Positions 27,745-37,577 of a stretch of DNA of 64,000 bases are shown here, piece after piece (the first letter of the stretch is position 1; each line of letters begins with the position of its first letter). The stretch lies in the IMG/VR virus record IMGVR_UViG_3300020180_000014, positions 1 to 64,000 of that record; one strand, given 5' to 3'. Source of the stretch: a virus. The position numbers and the translations under genes are program-made. Under the pieces are notes generated by a model. The model saw only the letters and a list, made by a program, of their open reading frames with translations. It made no database searches and had not been told where the DNA came from.

Positions 27745-30117
27745 CTACTGTGCGTCGTCGGGCGCGTTCGGGTCGCCCGGCTCAACTTCATGGATCAGGA
27801 TGCGCACGCACTCGGCCTTGAACTCGGAGTCAGCGGCCGGAAGCATCACGTCGATGAAGTCTGCCCACCGTTCGGTCTGGAACAGCACAAATGCCGGGAT
27901 GACCAGTTGGTTCGTCACCACGTGCTCGACGCCCTGCAGGATCGCGTCGATGGTCTTGTCGGCCGTGAGCTTGCCCTCGGCGACACCACGACGTAGACGG
28001 TGCACGCTTTCGAGCGCGATGCCGAACACCTCTTCTTCGCTCGGGCCGGTGTGGTTCGGCGGTGCTGGCGGTGCCGGGTACGGATCGATCGGACCCACAG
28101 TTGGGACCGGCGTCGCAGCGGTTACAGCTGCAGCGGCATCCGCGTACGGATCGATCGGACCGGTTGTCTTCTTCTTCGCTGCACCGTTGCCGTTGGCAGC
28201 CGGTGTTGCACCGTTCAGACCGCCACCCGTGTTGGGCTGCTGCTGAGCGGGCCGTGCCTGCTGTGCCTGCGTGTTCGCGACCGGCGGGGGCGGTGCCCAG
28301 CCAGCTGGCGCACGTCCCTGCGCTGCGGCGATGTTCTGCGCGCGGATCGCGACTTCGGCTTGGATGCGCGTCTGATCACGCATCGCCTCGGCGGTCTTCA
28401 CCTTGCCCTCGCTGATCACCTGGTCGCGCTTGACTGCGAGGAACCGCTCGGCGACTTCGCTCGCGCGACCGATACCTTCCTGGATCAGGCGCGCAGCCGG
28501 GGGATCGCCGCCGCCACCCGACATGTTCATGATCGTCTCGGCAGCGTTCTTGTACAGGTTGCCGATCTCGCCGACCGACCGGACGAGACCCTGCATCATG
28601 CCGTCTGCGCCGCCCGCGTTGTCCTTCATGAGCTGCGCCAACTGAACGGGCGAGACCATGAACTGCGACATCTTGCCGTTCGACTCGTTCTGCATGCGCG
28701 CGATCTCGCGCTGCGTGTCAGCGTTGATACGCGCATTCTCCTTCATCATCTCGACGACTGGATCCTGGCGGTTCGAGAGCGACGCCTGCTGCAGCTGCTC
28801 GAAGCGGCGCTCCGAAGCCTCGCGCGTCTCCTTCATCTCGCGCTGCAGCATCTCGTCGCGACGGATCTGCTCGTAGCGCTCGCGCTCACGCTCACGCTCG
28901 GACCGCTCCGCTTCGAGACGCCGCTCCTGCTCCTGGCGCTGGCGCTCGAACTCGGAGGCCTGACGCGTCTGCTCCTCGCGAATGCGACGGAACTCGTCGG
29001 TCTCACCTTTCGGCGTCTCGGCCATGCGCGCGAGGTCGGCGCGGAGTTGGAGCATCGACTGCTCGCTCTGCTGGCGAATCGCGAGCAGCTGCTGCTGCAT
29101 CAGCTCGCGCTGGGAGTTCTCGTGCTGTGCGCGTGCACGCTCGCGCTCGACTTCACGCTCTTCGCGGAGACGCCGAACCTCATCGTCTTCGTTCTTGTTG
29201 CGACCCTCACCGAGACGCCGGATCTCTTCGCGCATCGCTGCCATCGCCTGCTCGTGCGCGGTCTGGTTCCGTTCGAGTGCCTGCTTGTACTCCAGCTCCT
29301 TGCGATCGAGATCGGCCTGCTGGAGCCGACGCTCCAGCTCCTTCTTCTCCTTGTCGTCGCTGTCGTCGAAGAAGCGTGCGCCACGGCGCGCGTTGCGATC
29401 GTCGTCGTCGTGACTGAAACGCGTGCGGCCACCGTACGGCGGCTGCTGCGGGTAGCCGTAGCCGGGCTGTGGACCGTAGCCGGGTGGCGGGTAGCCGTTG
29501 TACGGCTGCTGCTGCGGGTAGCCCTGCTGCTGCGGGTAGCCCCACGGCTGCGGCCCGGTCGCCCACATCGGCGGCGACTGCGGCTGCTGCATCTGCGGCG
29601 CAGGCTGCTGCGGGATCTGCCCCATCACGGGACCACTGTGCGGCGGGTTGCCGTAGCCGAGTTGCGCGCCACTCGGTGGCCAGCCGGTCTGCTGCATGCC
29701 GAGCGGCTGAGCGTTCTGCGGGATGTTCATAGGACCGCCGACCTGTTGAACGTTCGTCGCGGCGCCTACGAGCGCGGCTTCCGCCGTGTTCGGCGGAACC
29801 TTCTCGGGGTACATGCGCGGATCCCACACGCCCTGCCAGCGCATCGTCTCGTTCTTCGCGTCGGTGACGGTGAACTCGTAGTAGCCACCGCCCGCCCACT
29901 TCGTGAGGATGAAGTTCTCCAGCTGCAGAACCTCATCACGCGTCCAGTTCGTACCCGGTGGGGAGAAGCCCTGCTGCTCGCTGCCTTTCGCAGGCAGTTC
30001 GATCGGTTGACGCACGTTGCCGCGCATCTTCTCGACGCGAACGGTCAACGGTTCGTGCATCGATTGCAGCTTCACCTGATCGAAGCGCTGCTCCTTTTCG
30101 GACTTGGGCGCGGCCAT
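27745..30117 (-). CDS. large P/Q/Y-rich and coiled-coil protein (790 aa)
   Basis: RBS GAGGAG; GYPQQ repeats, long E/R/Q coiled coil. Confidence 0.85.
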   Translation of the reverse strand: MAAPKSEKEQRFDQVKLQSMHEPLTVRVEKMRGNVRQPIELPAKGSEQQGFSPPGTNWTRDEVLQLENFILTKWAGGGYYEFTVTDAKNETMRWQGVWDPRMYPEKVPPNTAEAALVGAATNVQQVGGPMNIPQNAQPLGMQQTGWPPSGAQLGYGNPPHSGPVMGQIPQQPAPQMQQPQSPPMWATGPQPWGYPQQQGYPQQQPYNGYPPPGYGPQPGYGYPQQPPYGGRTRFSHDDDDRNARRGARFFDDSDDKEKKELERRLQQADLDRKELEYKQALERNQTAHEQAMAAMREEIRRLGEGRNKNEDDEVRRLREEREVERERARAQHENSQRELMQQQLLAIRQQSEQSMLQLRADLARMAETPKGETDEFRRIREEQTRQASEFERQRQEQERRLEAERSERERERERYEQIRRDEMLQREMKETREASERRFEQLQQASLSNRQDPVVEMMKENARINADTQREIARMQNESNGKMSQFMVSPVQLAQLMKDNAGGADGMMQGLVRSVGEIGNLYKNAAETIMNMSGGGGDPPAARLIQEGIGRASEVAERFLAVKRDQVISEGKVKTAEAMRDQTRIQAEVAIRAQNIAAAQGRAPAGWAPPPPVANTQAQQARPAQQQPNTGGGLNGATPAANGNGAAKKKTTGPIDPYADAAAAVTAATPVPTVGPIDPYPAPPAPPNHTGPSEEEVFGIALESVHRLRRGVAEGKLTADKTIDAILQGVEHVVTNQLVIPAFVLFQTERWADFIDVMLPAADSEFKAECVRILIHEVEPGDPNAPDDAQ

Positions 30118-30273
30118 GTAGAATCTCCTCGGAAGTGGTCGATCGCTCGCGCGATCGAACTCCGATCGCTGACGCGACTCATTGAAAGGTCGAGGCCACT
30201 CTAAGGGTGCGATACGTGGTTGTCAACGCGAGGTCACGCAGGGATACGAGGTTCGATCGCATGAGCGATTGAC

Positions 30274-30750
30274 GTGCCTCGCATCGCTGTGTACGACAAC
30301 GATATGGGACTTCCGATCGTTGCGCCCGAGCGTACGTTCACCCGCGCACGTCGCTGCGCCAACTGCACCTCGTTCGAGTGCGGAGCGATGTCGCACCAGC
30401 AATGGAACGCGCATCGTAAGGCGCGCCAGGACGACTACCTGAAGACGATGCCGATCAGTCGGCTTGCCGACATGGAGAAGCCGGAATGGTCGCCGAACGA
30501 GCAGAAGGATGCACGGCTCCAGCAGCTGATGCAGATGGACCACATGATCGCCCACGGCATGGCCGGGCTGTGCATGAAGGGTGCGCGATCGGCGAAGGAC
30601 GGTGGTCCCGAGGGCGACTTCGTTCACGCGGAGTTCCTGTGCGACCGGTGGACGGGTATCGAGGGTGTCGGCGAGATGACTCGCGGTCATGAGGACAAGC
30701 TCGGCGGTGAACTGCACGAGATCGCGGACGACCGCGCTGAGAAGGTGTAG
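30274..30750 (+). CDS. Cys-containing (possible Zn-binding) hypothetical protein
   Basis: CxNC...GLC...CDRW. Confidence 0.7.
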   Translation: MPRIAVYDNDMGLPIVAPERTFTRARRCANCTSFECGAMSHQQWNAHRKARQDDYLKTMPISRLADMEKPEWSPNEQKDARLQQLMQMDHMIAHGMAGLCMKGARSAKDGGPEGDFVHAEFLCDRWTGIEGVGEMTRGHEDKLGGELHEIADDRAEKV

Positions 30751-30758
30751 GTTCGCGC

Positions 30759-31124
30759 GTGACGTCGCTCGTCCTCTACATGCTCCTGTCGACCGCGCTG
30801 TACTATCTGTTCGCGCGGGCCATGATCACGAAATCGTTGTGGTCGCGCTATCCCGGGTGGCTCGACTACTACACGTCGTGCGCCGCCTGTTCGGGCTTCC
30901 TCTACGGTGGCGCAGTCGCTCTTGCGATCGGATGGACGCAAGATCTGCCGTTTCTAGGCCTGGACGGCCGTTTTTGGGTCACACCCATCGTTGTCGGGCT
31001 GGGATCCATGGTCTGGACCCCCATTTTGGCTGAGATTCACGTACGGGCCCTGTTGCAGCTAGGCGTAGCTGATCCGCAGGGTGATACGGCATCGGATCCG
31101 GCTGTGGAGAGCACAAATGCCTAA
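30759..31124 (+). CDS. membrane protein with CxxC (DUF1360-like)
   Basis: TM segments around SCAACSGF. Confidence 0.6.
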   Translation: MTSLVLYMLLSTALYYLFARAMITKSLWSRYPGWLDYYTSCAACSGFLYGGAVALAIGWTQDLPFLGLDGRFWVTPIVVGLGSMVWTPILAEIHVRALLQLGVADPQGDTASDPAVESTNA

Positions 31125-31578
31125 GCGTCGAGATGAACAGGCCCCGTACTGGCAGCAACTCCGTGTGGCCGAGCGCGGCATCATCGAATATGCGCTCGAA
31201 CACGGAATCACCATCCGTGGTACCGCGACCATCCTAGGGATCTCGCCGAATTACCTCGGAGAGCGTCTACGCCTGCTCGGGATCCCCGTCCCGGATGTTC
31301 GCCCGGGTCCCAAGCCGGGCACCAAGCGGCCCACGACACCCAAGCTACGCGTCGTGGAAGAGACCGCCGTTCCGTCACCCGAGACCCTGGACGAGGACGA
31401 GGACGAGGACACGGCTGAAGCCACGAACGAAGGCGAAGACGACGACGTGCTGGAAGATGAGGCCGAAGAGGGCCAGGAGGACGACGATGAAGAAGGCGAC
31501 CCCTGGGACACGGACGAGGCCGACGACGAAGACGACGGCGATGACAAGAACGAAGACGCCAGCGCGCAAGGGAACTAG
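31117..31578 (+). CDS. Fis-like HTH protein with long acidic tail
   Basis: IEYALEH...IRGTATILGISPNYL..RLRLLGI; D/E-rich C-terminus. Confidence 0.75.
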   Translation: MPKRRDEQAPYWQQLRVAERGIIEYALEHGITIRGTATILGISPNYLGERLRLLGIPVPDVRPGPKPGTKRPTTPKLRVVEETAVPSPETLDEDEDEDTAEATNEGEDDDVLEDEAEEGQEDDDEEGDPWDTDEADDEDDGDDKNEDASAQGN

Positions 31579-31582
31579 CCAG

Positions 31583-31927
31583 GTGCCTCGGCGCCGGAAG
31601 GCGTCCGCGCGTACGTGGCGCCGCCCAGCGGGGGGCCTGCTCAAGCCCGGTGAGGCGATCGTTCTTGTGATCGAACCGCCAATGGGTCCGAACGAACAGC
31701 CTGTGGCGATTACGCCGAACGCGGGCGACATCGTCCTGCTCGATGCCCAGCCCGATCGTGTGACCGTGCACAACCCGACCGATCGTGTAGTCGCCTACAT
31801 GATGTCGGTCGTGCCGAGCGTGTTCGTGAAGGCGGCTACGGTGCCGTGGCGACGTATCGCGGGGGACCTCGGTCACGCGGTGCGCGAGAGCGGGTTGCTC
31901 GATCGATTCGCCCGTCTGCTGCGTTGA
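31583..31927 (+). CDS. hypothetical protein
   Basis: GTG start directly after the previous stop. Confidence 0.55.
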   Translation: MPRRRKASARTWRRPAGGLLKPGEAIVLVIEPPMGPNEQPVAITPNAGDIVLLDAQPDRVTVHNPTDRVVAYMMSVVPSVFVKAATVPWRRIAGDLGHAVRESGLLDRFARLLR

Positions 31928-31974
31928 TCGCGCACGCGATCCGATCGCTGCAGTGATCTGGTAGGCTGCAGGCC

Positions 31975-32241
31975 ATGGGTGCACTAACTGATTTTTGGAG
32001 AAGCGAACGCGGCTTTTACGCGCTCGTGCTCGTCATCGCATCGACCGTTCTGACCGCGCTCGGTCAGATGACGATCGACATGTGGAAGGAGTTCAACCTC
32101 TACATCTTCGGCATCTACGTCACCGGCAAGTCGCTGACTGGTGCTGTCGCGCTGTTCAAGGGCGGTACGTCCGAGCCTGAATCGTCGGCTCCTGCGCCGG
32201 TTCCAGCTCCTGCGCCGACCCCTGAAGCACCGAAGGCGTAA
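31975..32241 (+). CDS. holin-like protein (2 TM)
   Basis: 2 TM segments; lies upstream of the endolysin. Confidence 0.65.
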   Translation: MGALTDFWRSERGFYALVLVIASTVLTALGQMTIDMWKEFNLYIFGIYVTGKSLTGAVALFKGGTSEPESSAPAPVPAPAPTPEAPKA

Positions 32242-32244
32242 TCC

Positions 32245-32535
32245 GTGGCGGTGGACGCTCAAGCGCTCATTGACGCGATCCACACAGACGCTCAAGCCCT
32301 GATCGCGGCAATCGACACGATTCGGAAGTTCGCGCGGACGAACACGGATCGACCGCACGACGTGCTGCAGACCGTCGAGGTGATGCTCGCGAGCTTGCGT
32401 GATGCGCTCAACGGCAAGATGACACTCGACATGCTCACAGCGGAACTCGCTGCGCTCGTGGACGTCCACGGACGTGAAGTCTCGAAGCAACCCACACCGA
32501 TCGACGACAAGTTCGATCCGGAGCGCGATCAATGA
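32245..32535 (+). CDS. hypothetical protein in lysis cassette
   Basis: helical ORF coupled to the endolysin (ATGA overlap). Confidence 0.65.
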   Translation: MAVDAQALIDAIHTDAQALIAAIDTIRKFARTNTDRPHDVLQTVEVMLASLRDALNGKMTLDMLTAELAALVDVHGREVSKQPTPIDDKFDPERDQ

Positions 32536-33530
32536 TTCTTCGTCCAGGTGACAAGGGCCCCGACGTCGAGATGCTGCAGCTCAAGCTGAAGGCGTGCGGT
32601 TACGATCCCGGTGACGTCGACGGCGACTACGGCAAGCTGACGACTGCCGCAGTACTTGCGTTCCAGATCGATCGTCCTGACATCGACGACGACGGCATCG
32701 CCGGTCCACAGACGCTCGGTGCGCTCGACGCAGCCATCGCGAAGCACAAGCGCGACGAGGACACGACGCAGCCGCCGACGCTGTACACGCCGTGCAATGC
32801 ACCCACGTGGGCGGCGTTCCAGTTGCTCGTCGAAGCAATCACGAAGAAACCCGTGCGCTACGGACCGGGGCGCGGGTTGTGGCGGAACGATCAGTTCCTC
32901 ATCACGTATGGCGCTGGCCAGACGAACGGTACCGTGAAGCAGTGGCCGAACGTCCTCAACCGGACGTATCCGGCGTTCCACTGCACGAGCTTCACGAACT
33001 TCTTCATGTCGTGGCTGGAGCGTCGCAATCAGGACTTCACGCACGCAGGCAATATCCCATCGCTGTTCGACCTGCTCGAAAGTTCGCCGGACCTGCACCA
33101 AAACCCTGGCGCGGGACCGTGGCGCGGCTTCGGCGACGTGTGCTTCCGCATTCTGCCCGACGGATCCAGCATCCGTCGCATGGGCATCCCGAACATCATC
33201 GACATCAGGGAGCTGCTCGATCGTCGAGACACGCTCCCGACGTTCCTCGTGTGGGGCCAGTCGACGAAGCTCGCGAACGGCTCGTGGCGGTGGTGGCACC
33301 ACACTGGTCTGTTCTGCGTACGCGACCACAAGCTCTTCCGGATCGCCGCCGACGGTACACGTGGACCGAGCGGCTACTCAGCGACGCCGATGCGCTACAT
33401 CGAGATCACGACGGCGAACATGTCGCAGTTCTCGAACGTCGCGTACCGCGTGTACGGCGTACGTGCGGCAGCTGACGGCTCATACGGTGATCAGAGCCAA
33501 CCGATCGCGCCCATCACGTTCGAGGCGTGA
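32532..33530 (+). CDS. endolysin: peptidoglycan-binding domain plus probable NlpC/P60-like catalytic domain
   Basis: LRPGDKGPDV..LQ..L...GY...VDGDYG..T..AV.AFQ...DGIAGPQT; FHCTSF and HHTG. Confidence 0.8.
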   Translation: MILRPGDKGPDVEMLQLKLKACGYDPGDVDGDYGKLTTAAVLAFQIDRPDIDDDGIAGPQTLGALDAAIAKHKRDEDTTQPPTLYTPCNAPTWAAFQLLVEAITKKPVRYGPGRGLWRNDQFLITYGAGQTNGTVKQWPNVLNRTYPAFHCTSFTNFFMSWLERRNQDFTHAGNIPSLFDLLESSPDLHQNPGAGPWRGFGDVCFRILPDGSSIRRMGIPNIIDIRELLDRRDTLPTFLVWGQSTKLANGSWRWWHHTGLFCVRDHKLFRIAADGTRGPSGYSATPMRYIEITTANMSQFSNVAYRVYGVRAAADGSYGDQSQPIAPITFEA

Positions 33531-33701
33531 TCGCGCACGCGATCAGCGTCGTGTGCTCGTCGGAGATCGCGTTGCGCGCAAATCGCTCTTGACTTGTCAG
33601 GGGCGTGAACGCTAGAACGACAGCTGCCCGTACGTGCTGCGTTGTGTCAGCTCGTTACGACTGAAGGCGCGGCGTACAGCCGTGTCCGGCGAGGAGCTGT
33701 C

Positions 33702-35648
33702 ATGGTCAACGTCAACAACCGCGAGAACCTGGGTCCGGCCGAGCGCATCATCGCGTCGGTCCTCACGTACACCGATCACCTCTATCACGGTCGCCCCGGC
33801 GTTGTGGTCGAGGACAAGCGTACCAACATCGGTGTCCGTTGGGAGCCGGTGACGCCGAAGACGGAAGAGATCAACGGCGCCAAGCGCGAGGTCATCTACA
33901 AGCTGTCGAAGAGCGGCAAGAAGACGCTCAAGACGAAGATCGGCGTGGTCACGCAAGCTGTTGGTACGCATGGCGTGATCAAGCATGTGCGCACGGACGT
34001 GAGCCCAAACCATCCGATCGTCGGTGAGTACCGTGACGCGGGCATCTTCCCCGAAGTCGCAGCGTGGATGTATCGCCAGATCGTCGAGGTCTACAAGCTC
34101 GACAACGAGTTCGCCGCGAAGTGGGCATCGTTCGCGTACGCGCAGGATCACCGTGACCTCAAGGTCGTGCTCGCTGCGTTCATGCTCGTGCAGGCGCGCC
34201 GTGGTGACGCCGTGCTCGACGGCGGTAAGGTCGCGTTCCACGACGATGACTTCCGTGACGTCGGCGAGGCCATGATGCTGATCCGTCGCAAGGACGGTAA
34301 GGATCTGAACCCGAAGCTGCTGCTCCGCATCCGCGAGGTGCTGATGCTGCCCGAGATTGCAGCGATCAACCTGGAGCTGGGCTTCGGCAAGTCGACGCGT
34401 CATCCGTTCCTCGGTCGTTGGCCGGAGGTCACGGAGAAGTGGCTGCGCTATCGCGAGGAGAATCGTCCGCTGCTCATCGGTCTCGTCAAGGCCGGTTTCC
34501 GCAAGACGGTCATCCAGCTCGCGCGCCGCGTGCACTACAAGCCGAACACGCAGTGGTTCTTTGAGGAGCTGCGCTGGAAGCAGGTGCAGTCGGATACGGG
34601 TCACCGCACGATGGTCGACATCAACATCGTGCAGGCCGAGTCGTGGAACGAGCTGACCGAGGCACAGGTCTGCGAGAAGATCGTCGCCGAGAAGCCGGAC
34701 TGGAAGCGCATCACGGGCATGCTGCCGAAGGGCCTCATGACGCGTGCTGTGGTCGCAGCGGCCATCGAGGCGAAGGCGCTCTCGGACCGTGACCTCGTCA
34801 TCGCGACGCCGACGCTGGAAGAGCTGGGGCTGCTCGACGTACCGACGATCAAGGCACGTTGGGAGAAGGCGCTCAAGCACGCCGAAGATTCCCGCGCGGT
34901 CAACATCGCGAAGAACGTCCAGTCCAAGGAGGTGAAGGAGAAGCTCGTCGAGGCATCGGACAACGCCATCAAGAAGGCCGTCGAGGAGGTCTCGAAGAAC
35001 ATCCGCGTCTACTTCTTCGTCGACATCTCGGGCTCGATGAAGTCGTCGATCGAGGCTGCGAAGTTGCACGTCGCGAAGTTTCTCCAGGGCTTTCCACCGG
35101 ACCGCACGCACATCGCCGTGTTCAACACGGTGGGCCGCGAAATCAAGCTCAAGCACGCATCGGCGGTGGGCGTCGCCAACGCGTTCCAGGGTATTGCTGC
35201 GAGCGGTGGCACCGACTATGGCGCGGGCGTGCGCGAGCTGATGCAGTACAAGCCTCTGCCGGAAGAGGATGTGCTGTTCATCTTCGTCGGTGACGAGGAG
35301 GCACACGCGTTCGATCAGCAGGTTGTCGCATCGAGGCTCAACCCGATGGCGTTCGGCTTCGTGAAGACGATCCCGGACAACGGTGCAGCGGCGTATCGCC
35401 ATGGTCTGCACAACGGCGAGAACAACATCGCGGTTCGCGAAACGGCGAACCGTCTGAAGATTCCGTGCTTCATGATCGACGAGAAGACGTTCGATGACGC
35501 GTACGCGATCCCGCGCACGATCAGGAACCTGATCGCGGCAACGCCCGTCAACATGGCGCGTGTGGCGGCAGTCGCTGCGGCACCGCGTCTGACGTTTGTC
35601 GATCAGATCCTCAAGACGGACCTGCTGAAGAAGCCTGTCTGGGCGTGA
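33702..35648 (+). CDS. helical-solenoid plus vWA protein, TROVE/Ro60-like
   Basis: RBS GAGGAG; long alpha-helical N-terminal region followed by vWA MIDAS DISGSM, GGTD, VGDEE; TROVE assignment is from architecture only. Confidence 0.6.
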   Translation: MVNVNNRENLGPAERIIASVLTYTDHLYHGRPGVVVEDKRTNIGVRWEPVTPKTEEINGAKREVIYKLSKSGKKTLKTKIGVVTQAVGTHGVIKHVRTDVSPNHPIVGEYRDAGIFPEVAAWMYRQIVEVYKLDNEFAAKWASFAYAQDHRDLKVVLAAFMLVQARRGDAVLDGGKVAFHDDDFRDVGEAMMLIRRKDGKDLNPKLLLRIREVLMLPEIAAINLELGFGKSTRHPFLGRWPEVTEKWLRYREENRPLLIGLVKAGFRKTVIQLARRVHYKPNTQWFFEELRWKQVQSDTGHRTMVDINIVQAESWNELTEAQVCEKIVAEKPDWKRITGMLPKGLMTRAVVAAAIEAKALSDRDLVIATPTLEELGLLDVPTIKARWEKALKHAEDSRAVNIAKNVQSKEVKEKLVEASDNAIKKAVEEVSKNIRVYFFVDISGSMKSSIEAAKLHVAKFLQGFPPDRTHIAVFNTVGREIKLKHASAVGVANAFQGIAASGGTDYGAGVRELMQYKPLPEEDVLFIFVGDEEAHAFDQQVVASRLNPMAFGFVKTIPDNGAAAYRHGLHNGENNIAVRETANRLKIPCFMIDEKTFDDAYAIPRTIRNLIAATPVNMARVAAVAAAPRLTFVDQILKTDLLKKPVWA

Positions 35649-35656
35649 GGTGAACC

Positions 35657-36604
35657 GTGAGCTGGCGAGATCTACTGCACCAGGACGACGAGCGCATCGT
35701 ACTGCCGTGGATCGGTGGTCGCGAGGTGCGGTCGTTCTCGCGCACGTGGACGCTCGTCGGTGACGTACCGGCTGAGCACGGCTGGTACAGCTTCACGCTG
35801 CTCAAAGGCCGAAGCGTAACACTGCACGCAGTTGCAGAACTGCACGCTGCGACGCTCGGTCAGGTGCACTTCGGTTACCTCGTCGGTGATCACTTCGCGA
35901 CTGAGTCTTTCATCGAGCGCGTTGTAATCGATCCAAAGGACGTCGCCAAGCGTCTGCCGCGCGTGCACCTGATCAACGACGACGTCGATCGGTTTGCACG
36001 CGTCAGCATCGGTTCGGTGACGTCCGACGGTCCACTGTTCTTTCGTCAGGTCGAGATGCCGCTGGGTCCCGAGGACGACGTACTGCGTGCGTACGAGGAC
36101 CAGGCTGCCGACGTCAACGCCATCAAGGGCGTCACGCCCGCACTCGATGCGGCGTTTCGGATGGCAGCGTGGCAGCGTACGGAGGCTGTTCGTCGTCGCG
36201 CGGAACTCGAACGGCTGCGCGTCGAGGAAGAGGCCAAGCGTGCAGCCGAGGAGCGTCGCCAGAACCTGGTCAAGCAGCTCGGTGACGGTGCCGGGCGTCG
36301 CGAGATGGCGAAGGTCGACTTCGAGGCTGCCGCACGTGCTGCACTTACGGTTGGCGGTGCTGAGCTGCTCGACTGGAACAAGGTACGCAACCGCAACGAG
36401 TGGGTCGTGCGCTATCGCCTCGATCGTCGTCGGTTCGAGTGCGTCTGCGACGAGCGGCTGCACATCGTCGACGCCGGAATTTGCTTGGTCGATCACCGTA
36501 CCGGTATCAAGGGCGACACGCGCTTCACGTTGGAGTCGCTACCGGCGGTTGTTCGTCAAGCCATGCGCGAGGGCGTGCTGGTTGTTTTCAGGAACGTCAA
36601 CTAG
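35657..36604 (+). CDS. putative E2-like ubiquitin-conjugating domain protein
   Basis: C-terminal LHIVDAGICLVDH...TLESLPAVV resembles the E2 HPN...G.ICL active site plus the following helix; operonic with JAB, Ubl and E1. Confidence 0.5.
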   Translation: MSWRDLLHQDDERIVLPWIGGREVRSFSRTWTLVGDVPAEHGWYSFTLLKGRSVTLHAVAELHAATLGQVHFGYLVGDHFATESFIERVVIDPKDVAKRLPRVHLINDDVDRFARVSIGSVTSDGPLFFRQVEMPLGPEDDVLRAYEDQAADVNAIKGVTPALDAAFRMAAWQRTEAVRRRAELERLRVEEEAKRAAEERRQNLVKQLGDGAGRREMAKVDFEAAARAALTVGGAELLDWNKVRNRNEWVVRYRLDRRRFECVCDERLHIVDAGICLVDHRTGIKGDTRFTLESLPAVVRQAMREGVLVVFRNVN

Positions 36605-36611
36605 GAGTGTT

Positions 36612-36791
36612 ATGGCGAAGAAGATCGAAGGTACGTTTCACATCTGCACACGCGATCAGGCTGGGCGGTACTGCATCAAGGGCGAAGGGCGTGTCGACGA
36701 GCACAACAAAGTCGACGTCGAGATCATCGTGCACGATCACGAAGCGACGAAGCCGTACACGGGACGCAAGTTCACACTCATCATCGAATAG
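36612..36791 (+). CDS. small hypothetical protein
   Basis: RBS AGGAG. Confidence 0.6.
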   Translation: MAKKIEGTFHICTRDQAGRYCIKGEGRVDEHNKVDVEIIVHDHEATKPYTGRKFTLIIE

Positions 36792-36795
36792 CACT

Positions 36796-37149
36796 ATGGA
36801 CGTCGAAAAACTGCAAGCTGACATGCGAGCCGCTGCTGAAGCAGGCCTCAAGCGCGATGCTGCAACGGTGCGCGCGAAGATCAACGAACGGAAGCCGCCG
36901 ACGCCCCACCTGTTCGACGCGCTCGAATCGATCGGCGCAACGATGGATCCGATGTGGGAAGGCGAGTGGGAGGGCCCGGTCCTGTTCAACGATCCCAAAG
37001 GCGCCTCGCGGTTGATCCTCGTCACGCCTGCCGACCACGACGAGTTCCTGACGTGGGCGACAGCGCATCCGAACTTCACCGACGAAGAATTGCAGGAGCA
37101 AGGCCGTGCGTTCCTCGTGCGCATGTGCGCGAGGCCAGTCAACCCGTGA
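36796..37149 (+). CDS. hypothetical protein
   Basis: operonic, typical codons. Confidence 0.6.
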   Translation: MDVEKLQADMRAAAEAGLKRDAATVRAKINERKPPTPHLFDALESIGATMDPMWEGEWEGPVLFNDPKGASRLILVTPADHDEFLTWATAHPNFTDEELQEQGRAFLVRMCARPVNP

Positions 37150-37577
37150 GCGTTGAATGGTCGATGGAGAAGGTCGCCGAACAGTTCCGGCTCGACGTTC
37201 GCGCACGCTTCGAGGCTGAGAACGCAGAGTGGCTCGCCGAAGAGCGTACAGGCATCGCGAAGATCAAAGCCGACTGCGATGCGGCAGGCGAGGCGTACCC
37301 GGACTGGCTTACGCCCGAGCGCAACAGCTTCTACTGGGAGATCTACAGCACCAGTGAGATCGCGATCGTCAACAACTCGGTCGACGTGCTGTTGCCGACG
37401 AACTTCGCGGTCTACCCCAACTTCATTGCGATGTTCGGCAAGACGTCAGTCGGTTGGTCGATCCCGTCGGTCGAGGCGAAAATCGTCGACGGTGAAGCGC
37501 GCCTGTTCGTGCACTTGATCCTGATCGACTACTGGGATGACGAACGCCACGCGAAGTGGCTGAAAGAGAACCCGTGA
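37146..37577 (+). CDS. hypothetical protein
   Basis: GTGA coupling. Confidence 0.6.
   Translation: MSVEWSMEKVAEQFRLDVRARFEAENAEWLAEERTGIAKIKADCDAAGEAYPDWLTPERNSFYWEIYSTSEIAIVNNSVDVLLPTNFAVYPNFIAMFGKTSVGWSIPSVEAKIVDGEARLFVHLILIDYWDDERHAKWLKENP

Noticed and set aside
27745-30117. tailed-phage tape measure protein
   Set aside because: no TM segments or Ala/Gly-rich repeats, and no flanking tail chaperone or tube genes
28000-30204. 734-aa plus-strand ORF (also 33612-35411 -, 16062-17609 +, 12252-13499 +, 47204-48499 -)
   Set aside because: antisense shadows of strongly codon-biased real genes in GC-rich DNA; no RBS or domain motifs
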